Source: an uncultured bacterium
GTDB lineage: Bacteria > Oederibacteriota > PGYV01 > CAWJRG01
Length of the DNA stretch: 64,000 nucleotides
NCBI GenBank assembly: GCA_963845185.1
Contig: CAWJRG010000010.1
Coordinates: 416,001-480,000, forward strand
Direction of reading: 5' to 3'
This document shows, in pieces, positions 57,648 to 64,000 of the stretch (positions within the stretch are counted from its first letter, which is position 1; each line of letters opens with the position of its first letter). The notes beneath the pieces are model-generated. The model had not been told where the DNA came from. It did no database searches and was given only the letters and a program-made list of their open reading frames with translations. Both the position numbers and the translations under genes were made by a program.

Positions 57648-58037
57648 TTATTTATCTTTACTTTTTATACCAAACCCCAGCCATCTGCCGTCAACATCCT
57701 CAACGACAAATTCCCTGTTGTGATAATCAGTCTGAAACAGCGGACGGGCTATTTTTGCGCCGGCAACCCTGAATTCCTCCTGCAGTTCTTCCTGTTTGTC
57801 AGTGAGAAAATACACGTCATACCCATACCCGTATAGTTTCCTGTTTGGAATGACTTCCTGCCCGTTTGATTTTGTCAGAATAATTTCTTCAGAATCGCGG
57901 TATAAACAAATATGCGGTTCTTTCGCGTCAAGATACTGCACTGCCTTAAATCCCATTACTTTTTCATAATATTCCGCTGTCTTTAATATGTCAGTACACG
58001 GAAACACGCACCGTGACGCAAGCAGTTTCTTTTTCAT
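57648..58037 (-). CDS. VOC / glyoxalase-bleomycin resistance family protein
   Basis: DILKTAEYY..VMGF, REFVVEDVDGRWL.F. Confidence 0.85.
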   Translation of the reverse strand: MKKKLLASRCVFPCTDILKTAEYYEKVMGFKAVQYLDAKEPHICLYRDSEEIILTKSNGQEVIPNRKLYGYGYDVYFLTDKQEELQEEFRVAGAKIARPLFQTDYHNREFVVEDVDGRWLGFGIKSKDK

Positions 58038-60223
58038 TATTTCACTTCAATATCCCCGTAAGACACGCCCCTGCCTTCTGCGGAGATATAGCACCTGCCG
58101 TATATCCTCGGGTCTCCGGTTATGCAATGTATAAATCCGTACTGGTGCCTGTCGTCGTTTATGCGCACCCAGGTATTTCCAGTATCATCTGACCTGAAAA
58201 TTCCTACTACCTCTGAAATTTTTCCCCATAAATATATTGCCGGGTATTTTGCGTCAGGCGCTGCCTTGCCGAAACCTATCCTGTAAGCTTCCCCGACATT
58301 TCCTATTTTATCCGCTGATTTGCCAGAGTCAGTCGAGCGGAAAAGCCCGCCGTTCTCGCCCGCAATCCAGATGTCTCCCTCTACTCCGGGCACAGCCGCT
58401 GCGGTGCCTACTCCCCAGCCAAAATCTTTCACCGTAGGCAAACCCGAAGCTTCGCGCGAAAAGCTCGCGCCTTTGTCCTCGCTTATCCACATCAGGCCGT
58501 TCACGAAATCATATATGTAAAACCTGGCAGGGTTGACCGTGTCTGCTATGGGGTGGTATATGCCGTCCGGAAGGTCAGCGCATTCTTTCCACGTCGCGCC
58601 GCTGTCAAAAGAATAATAAACTTTTGCGTTTTCAGCCTGCCAGCCTTTGCCTTTTTCCGGCGCCCACACTATGCTTTTGCCGTCAGCCGATATTGCTATT
58701 GACCTGCTGCCTCCGCGTTTTACTGCTTCCGGATGCGAAACAAAATCAGTCCATGTTATTCCGTTGTCAGTTGAATACGCGCCAAAAGGCGGCTTATCGA
58801 ATGTCTTTGCCATTAACTGCGGGTTGCTCCACGCGCAGGCTATTGAAAGCGTTGTCCATTTCGGCGGAAAGTACCGGTTTGGCGGCGCAGCGTCAAGGTT
58901 GTCTTCGTACCTGAATCCGTCCACGTCTCCTACAGCAGTGAATAAACGCGCGCCTGAAGGCGGGCTTATTATCTGCATTGGCACGGTCTCTTCTATTCCC
59001 TTGTCGTTAAAAAACCACTTAACATTTTTTGAAGTTATGTTATTGCTTGCCCACAGCCCGTAGCCGGTGACCCACATCGCGGTTTTGGAATCAAAAGGGT
59101 CTATTTTCACGTCTGCTATCCAGTGCGGCTTCATGTCGTTTTTCGTGTCTGTGTACGGCGCAAATGAATAATCCCATTTCGCTTCTTTTATAATAGTCTT
59201 CCAGGTCTTGCCGCCGTCCATGGACTGGAAAACATCGTCATGCTCAGCCCACCTGTCAATCGTGCTTATGAGTATATGCTTTGGGTTTCTTGCGTCAATT
59301 GATATGCCCGAGAACCCGCCTGAACCTTCGGGTGCTTTCAGGTCTGTCCACGCAGCGGTTTCTATATTATATTTCCACACCGCCCCGCGTGACGCGCCGT
59401 TTGGCCCGGGATTGTCCGAGAATGTAAGATAAAGTTCGCTTCCTGCCATGCCTGCCCTTAATGCCATTAAGTCCTTTGGCTGGCCCGCGACAAGCAACCA
59501 GGTATTTCCAGCGTCGTTTGACACGTACAGGCTGTCTGAATTTTCAGCTGCCGACGCGAATATCCTTTTTGTAGGGCTGCCTTTTTCGCCGCTTGACTTG
59601 TCAAAAATGACAAAATTAAAATTAACAGCAGCGCAAGAAGTGACCTTTGCCCATGTGTTTCCCGAATCCGCTGATTTCCAGAGCCCGTCCCTTGTCGTGC
59701 CCATAAAAATTACCGAGCCGAGGTTCGGGTCAACTGCCACCCTTTCACCGCAGCCCCTGCCGTTCTCGTTACCGCCGACTTTAAAAGAAAGCGGTACTGT
59801 TTTCCATGTTTCACCCCTGTCGTTTGATATCTGGAAAGCTCCCTTGCCTGCCCAGTCCTGCGTGTACTTGCCTGTCATCATGTAAACCTTGTTTGGGTCA
59901 TCCGGGTCAAGGCCAATGCTCAATATGCCGTTATACTCTGACTGGTCCTTGCCGAACATGTCGGTTATGCATACCCACTCTTTTTTATCCTTGTCCCATT
60001 TGTACGCGCCGCCCATGTCGGTCCGCAGGTACACGAGCCCCTTCTCCGCAGGGTGATATATAATGCCGGGTATAAACCCGCCGCCTCCTGCTATGACGCT
60101 CTTCCAGTTATATGACTGGGTTTTTACAGCCTTTTCCGGCGCTACTGCCGTGGCAGCGCAGCCGCAAAATATAAAAGATAAAACTAGTATTGCCGGGACT
60201 AAAAACTTCATTGCCTTTTTCAT
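58037..60223 (-). CDS. GH74 xyloglucanase-like lipoprotein
   Basis: Lipobox FCGC; GGGGFIPG, RTDMGG, GGNENGRGCGER, GIEETV, VGDVDG; Asp-box repeats. Confidence 0.9.
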   Translation of the reverse strand: MKKAMKFLVPAILVLSFIFCGCAATAVAPEKAVKTQSYNWKSVIAGGGGFIPGIIYHPAEKGLVYLRTDMGGAYKWDKDKKEWVCITDMFGKDQSEYNGILSIGLDPDDPNKVYMMTGKYTQDWAGKGAFQISNDRGETWKTVPLSFKVGGNENGRGCGERVAVDPNLGSVIFMGTTRDGLWKSADSGNTWAKVTSCAAVNFNFVIFDKSSGEKGSPTKRIFASAAENSDSLYVSNDAGNTWLLVAGQPKDLMALRAGMAGSELYLTFSDNPGPNGASRGAVWKYNIETAAWTDLKAPEGSGGFSGISIDARNPKHILISTIDRWAEHDDVFQSMDGGKTWKTIIKEAKWDYSFAPYTDTKNDMKPHWIADVKIDPFDSKTAMWVTGYGLWASNNITSKNVKWFFNDKGIEETVPMQIISPPSGARLFTAVGDVDGFRYEDNLDAAPPNRYFPPKWTTLSIACAWSNPQLMAKTFDKPPFGAYSTDNGITWTDFVSHPEAVKRGGSRSIAISADGKSIVWAPEKGKGWQAENAKVYYSFDSGATWKECADLPDGIYHPIADTVNPARFYIYDFVNGLMWISEDKGASFSREASGLPTVKDFGWGVGTAAAVPGVEGDIWIAGENGGLFRSTDSGKSADKIGNVGEAYRIGFGKAAPDAKYPAIYLWGKISEVVGIFRSDDTGNTWVRINDDRHQYGFIHCITGDPRIYGRCYISAEGRGVSYGDIEVK

Positions 60224-60261
60224 GCACAGTCTCCTTTTCTCGATGTTTGTCTTCTTTTATC

Positions 60262-60289
60262 GTAGAGACACGCCATGGCGTGTCTCTAC
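60262..60289. repeat. GTAG-type REP, perfect 28-bp palindrome
   Basis: GTAGAGACACGCCATGGCGTGTCTCTAC; identical to the reconstructed IS1182 target. Confidence 0.9.
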
Positions 60290-60311
60290 ATTTATGAAAA
60301 CATTTTTCTGC

Positions 60312-60653
60312 TTACATTTCCCTGAAAAAATACAGCGCAGCGGTTAAAACCGCGCCTACAATAAAAATAGTCCGCGTGTCGCGGACAAATAACGAATAAG
60401 CACATAATATTACGCCTATGATTATAAATGGAGCGTTTGATTTTTTCTTCCCGTACAGGAACGCGAAAACTCCAACCCCGCTGAAAACCGTGCCCCACAT
60501 AATGCCCCAGATTGAAAACCCCGCAAGCAGGCCTTTTGCCTCAGGCGGCAGGCTGCTGGTAAGTGAAGTGCCAATCATGTCCCCGAGTTCGTCACCTTGG
60601 GCAAATGCCGCGGCCAGCCATGTAAATATCATCATTAAAACTGATTTTTTCAT
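60312..60653 (-). CDS. Small membrane protein
   Basis: Signal-like N-terminus plus three hydrophobic segments, YGKK motif. Confidence 0.65.
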   Translation of the reverse strand: MKKSVLMMIFTWLAAAFAQGDELGDMIGTSLTSSLPPEAKGLLAGFSIWGIMWGTVFSGVGVFAFLYGKKKSNAPFIIIGVILCAYSLFVRDTRTIFIVGAVLTAALYFFREM

Positions 60654-60840
60654 TTTTTCACCTAAGTCGATGTTTTTGAGACAAACCCGAAGGGTGAAGT
60701 CGAAAATTACAACGACTTATACCCGCTCAAGTCTTGAGCTTGCGAAAGGCAAGCGGTATAAATTATACCAAAAAACACGCCTTTTATCTTTAAATATTTA
60801 ATTTGTAATTTTTAATTTATTTGTGCTATACTATTTGCAT

Positions 60841-62070
60841 ATGACACCAACACAAGACAGTTTTAACGGGCTCGGGATAGCACCCGGCCTCTTAGATATC
60901 ATAGCGAAATTAAAATTCACCGTACCAACTCCCATCCAGTACAAGGCAATCCCTCTCGCCGTCACCGGCACTGATATAATTGGAATAGCGCAGACCGGCA
61001 CAGGCAAGACACTTGCATTTGGCCTGCCCATGGTCCAGCGCCTGGCACAAACCCCGCATGGCCGCGGCCTTATAGTACTCCCCACGCGCGAACTGGCAAT
61101 GCAGGTAAACGAAACCATGATAAAACTCACGCCCGTTTTTAAAATGAAAACCGCGGTACTGATAGGCGGGCTTTCCATGTACAACCAGATAATCGCGTTA
61201 AAACAGGCACCCCGTATAATAATAGCCACGCCAGGCAGGCTTTTGGACCACATGGAAAGGCGCACTGTCAGGCTGGACGATGTCCGTATACTTGTGCTCG
61301 ATGAAGCTGACCGCATGCTTGACATGGGATTCATGCCGCAGATAATTGAAATCCTGCGCGCACTTCCAAAAGACCGGCAGACCATGCTTTTTTCCGCGAC
61401 CATGCCTTCCGACATCGTGAAAATAGCTTCAGGCTACATGAAACTTCCTGTGCGCACCGAGATCGCGCCCCAGGGAACAGCGGCAGAGCTTGTGTCGCAG
61501 GAAATATTCGTGGTGCAGGCAAATTTAAAACCCGTAATTTTAAACGAGATTCTCAAGCAGTATACCGGCTCGGTCCTGCTTTTCACCCGCACAAAAAGGG
61601 GCGCTGCAAGAGTCACGCGCAGCCTCAGGAACAACGGTTTTTCCGCTGCCGAGATACACTCGGACAGGTCCATGGGCCAGCGAAAAGAAGCATTGCAGGG
61701 TTTTAAGTCAGGCAGGTACCGCGTGCTCGTCGCGACCGATATAGCTGCCCGCGGCATAGACGTCGTAGGCATAGAGCTTGTGCTGAATTACGACCTGCCC
61801 GACGAGCCAGGGTATTATGTACACCGCATCGGCAGGACAGGCAGGGCAGGTTTGACAGGCCACGCAATATCCATAGCAACGCCCGACCAGGCAAGCGACG
61901 TCCGGAGCATAGAAAGAATAATAAGGACAACCATCCCGATTTCAACCCACCCCAAAGTACCTACGGAAAAATTTAAAGCTCCTGCTTTTGGAGGCTCCAA
62001 CTCAAACCTGGCTTTTTCCAGCAGCAAGTTTTTCAGGCGGGGTGGCCGCAGGCCAAGGCCGTGGAGATAA
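60841..62070 (+). CDS. DEAD-box RNA helicase (RhlE-like)
   Basis: Q motif PTPIQ, AQTGTGKT, PTRELA, DEAD, SAT, ARGID, HRIGRTGR. Confidence 0.95.
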   Translation: MTPTQDSFNGLGIAPGLLDIIAKLKFTVPTPIQYKAIPLAVTGTDIIGIAQTGTGKTLAFGLPMVQRLAQTPHGRGLIVLPTRELAMQVNETMIKLTPVFKMKTAVLIGGLSMYNQIIALKQAPRIIIATPGRLLDHMERRTVRLDDVRILVLDEADRMLDMGFMPQIIEILRALPKDRQTMLFSATMPSDIVKIASGYMKLPVRTEIAPQGTAAELVSQEIFVVQANLKPVILNEILKQYTGSVLLFTRTKRGAARVTRSLRNNGFSAAEIHSDRSMGQRKEALQGFKSGRYRVLVATDIAARGIDVVGIELVLNYDLPDEPGYYVHRIGRTGRAGLTGHAISIATPDQASDVRSIERIIRTTIPISTHPKVPTEKFKAPAFGGSNSNLAFSSSKFFRRGGRRPRPWR

Positions 62071-62294
62071 GGCTTACCTGAAGTGTCTTAAACCCAAGCG
62101 CCAGCCACGAATTACTTAATTTGAATAAAATTCTTGCAAATCGTCCATAAAGATGAACAATCGAGCAATTGAACAGTTGACCGCAGGTGAACTGGGTCAA
62201 GTCAACATCTTCCTTGTTTGGGTTTTACTTTTCTCATCTGTTCACCTATCTCCTGCTCACCTGCTCTAAAATGAAATAAGCCAACTTCTTGGGC

Positions 62295-64000
62295 TTATTT
62301 CATTTTCGGTTCCCCGTATAATACTCCCCTGCCTTCTGCCGAAATATAGCACCTGCCATAAATCCTCGGGTCGCCGATTACGCAGTGTATGAATCCGTAC
62401 TGGTGCCTGTCGTCGTTTATGCGCACCCACGTTTTGCCTGTATCATCCGACCTGAAAATACCAGTAATCCCCGCGATTTTCCCCCATAAATATATTGCAG
62501 GATATTTTGCTCGAGGCGCTGCCTTGCCGAACCCTATTCTGTAAGCCTCCTCGATAATTTCTATTTTACCCGCTGATTTTCCTGAATCATTTGAGTGAAA
62601 AAGCCCGCACTTGCCCGCGGCAATCCATATGTCGCCTTCCCTGCCTGCCACGGCTGCTGCGCTGAAATCAGCCATGCCGTCATAGCCGCTGTAATACCCC
62701 CCGGCATCCAGTCCTGAAACTCCTGTCGAAAAACTTTGACCGCCATCTGTGCTGACAAGCAGGCATGCCTTGACCCCGTCATAAATATAAAACTTATTTG
62801 GATTGGCCCTGTCTGAAAACGGCCACAAATTTTTTGCCTCAACTCCGGCGCAGGTGAGCCATGAATTGCCGTTATCTTTTGAATAGGACATTGCAGCGTT
62901 TAGCGGCTGCCATACTATGTTTTTGCCGTCGCTTGATACAGCTATGCTTCTCAGCCAGCCCTTTGTCGCTCCTGCCGGATATGAAGCAAAATCAGTCCAG
63001 TTCAAGCCGTTATCAATTGAAAAAGCCCCGTATGGCGGTTTTGAATTAAATGCCTTTACCATAAAAGGCGTTTTTTCCGCGAAGTCTATGGCCAGTGTTG
63101 TGCCAACATGCGGTTTGAACCTGTCTTCAGGGGATGCGTTTAAATTTTTATGGACAAACCCGTCAATGTCGCCCATTGCAGATATCAAATGCGCACCGTA
63201 ACCAGGGCTTATTATTTGCATTGCCACTGTTTGTTCTATTTTTTTGTCGTCAAAAAACCACGTGACAGGTGATGACAAAATATTTTTGCTTGTCCATATC
63301 CCGTAGCCTGTCGTGAAAATTGCCCTGTTTGAATCAAACGGGTCTATTTTGACATCAGCAATCCAGTGCGGTATCAGGTTTGATGTGTAGCCAGCGTATG
63401 TCCTGTCCCACTTTGATGTTTCAAGCAGGTCTGTCCAGGTTTTGCCTGCGTCAATTGAGCTGTAGATTTCGTCAAACGGAAACCACCTGTTAAGCGTGCT
63501 GACGAGCATGTGCCCGGGATTTTGCGCATCAATTGATATGCAGGCAAACCCGCCTTCGCCTGCCGGCACATTAAGGTTTGCCCACTCCCCGCTTTCCATA
63601 TTATATCTATATACCGAACCCTTTGTAGCGTTTGTCGGGCCTGCCGAATCTGAAAAAGCCATAAAAAGGTTTTTGCCTGCTATGTCAGCCCTTAATGCCA
63701 TTAAATCCATTGGCTGGCCGGATACCAGCGACCAGCTGTCACCGGCGTCATTTGATATATAAAGGCTGCCTGAATTATCTGCTGCTGCCGCGAATATCCT
63801 CTGCGTAGCCTTGGATTTCTTAACGCTTGCTTTGTCAAAAATCACGAAATTTATGTTTAGCACAGGAAAAGAATTTACACGCGCCCAGGTATTACCGTAA
63901 TCAGCCGACTTCCACAGCCCGTCTTTTGTCGTACCCATGAAAATTATGGAGCCAGAGTTCGGGTCAACGGCCAGTCTTTCGCCCGCGCCCCTGCCTCTTT
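62295..64000 (-). CDS. Second GH74 xyloglucanase-like protein, 5' end outside window
   Basis: Frame stays open to the window edge (RGRGAGERLAVDPN); collinear paralog of 58037-60223, MGDIDG. Confidence 0.9.
   Translation of the reverse strand, partial: RGRGAGERLAVDPNSGSIIFMGTTKDGLWKSADYGNTWARVNSFPVLNINFVIFDKASVKKSKATQRIFAAAADNSGSLYISNDAGDSWSLVSGQPMDLMALRADIAGKNLFMAFSDSAGPTNATKGSVYRYNMESGEWANLNVPAGEGGFACISIDAQNPGHMLVSTLNRWFPFDEIYSSIDAGKTWTDLLETSKWDRTYAGYTSNLIPHWIADVKIDPFDSNRAIFTTGYGIWTSKNILSSPVTWFFDDKKIEQTVAMQIISPGYGAHLISAMGDIDGFVHKNLNASPEDRFKPHVGTTLAIDFAEKTPFMVKAFNSKPPYGAFSIDNGLNWTDFASYPAGATKGWLRSIAVSSDGKNIVWQPLNAAMSYSKDNGNSWLTCAGVEAKNLWPFSDRANPNKFYIYDGVKACLLVSTDGGQSFSTGVSGLDAGGYYSGYDGMADFSAAAVAGREGDIWIAAGKCGLFHSNDSGKSAGKIEIIEEAYRIGFGKAAPRAKYPAIYLWGKIAGITGIFRSDDTGKTWVRINDDRHQYGFIHCVIGDPRIYGRCYISAEGRGVLYGEPKMK

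Noticed and set aside
60674..60755. GACAAACCCGAAGGG as a c-di-GMP-I riboswitch
   Set aside because: No GCAAA/P2 consensus follows; kept only as an unclassified structured region.

Overview
Bacterial chromosomal window, mostly minus-strand genes. No rRNA, tRNA or CRISPR array was recognised. The Thr/Pro-rich secreted proteins suggest an uncultured diderm lineage such as Ca. Goldiibacteriota, but this is only a guess. Left to right: (1) start of a Flp/Tad pilus operon; (2) an AT-rich defence islet (DUF4062 protein, single-chain type IIG R-M enzyme) followed by a ParB-HTH-TM-TPR fusion; (3) a glycosylation locus with a duplicated unit (shared 119-bp promoter block, a variable GT-C gene, a GT4 gene), then GT2, O-antigen ligase-like, Wzx and PilZ genes; (4) housekeeping and ABC-2 genes; (5) large secreted NHL beta-propeller genes, two of them split by homopolymer frameshifts; (6) a probable xyloglucan-utilisation cluster (GH31-PA14, GalT-GalK fusion, CBM-like lipoprotein, two GH74) and a DEAD-box helicase. 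The best-supported finding is an intact IS110-family, IS1111-type element. Its downstream non-coding end carries short exact matches to both its REP-like target and its own circle junction (bridge/seekRNA-like), and its joined ends rebuild a TTGACA-17-TAATAT promoter. An IS1182 sits at the centre of a GTAG-type REP palindrome, and several families of small nested palindromic repeats occur throughout.
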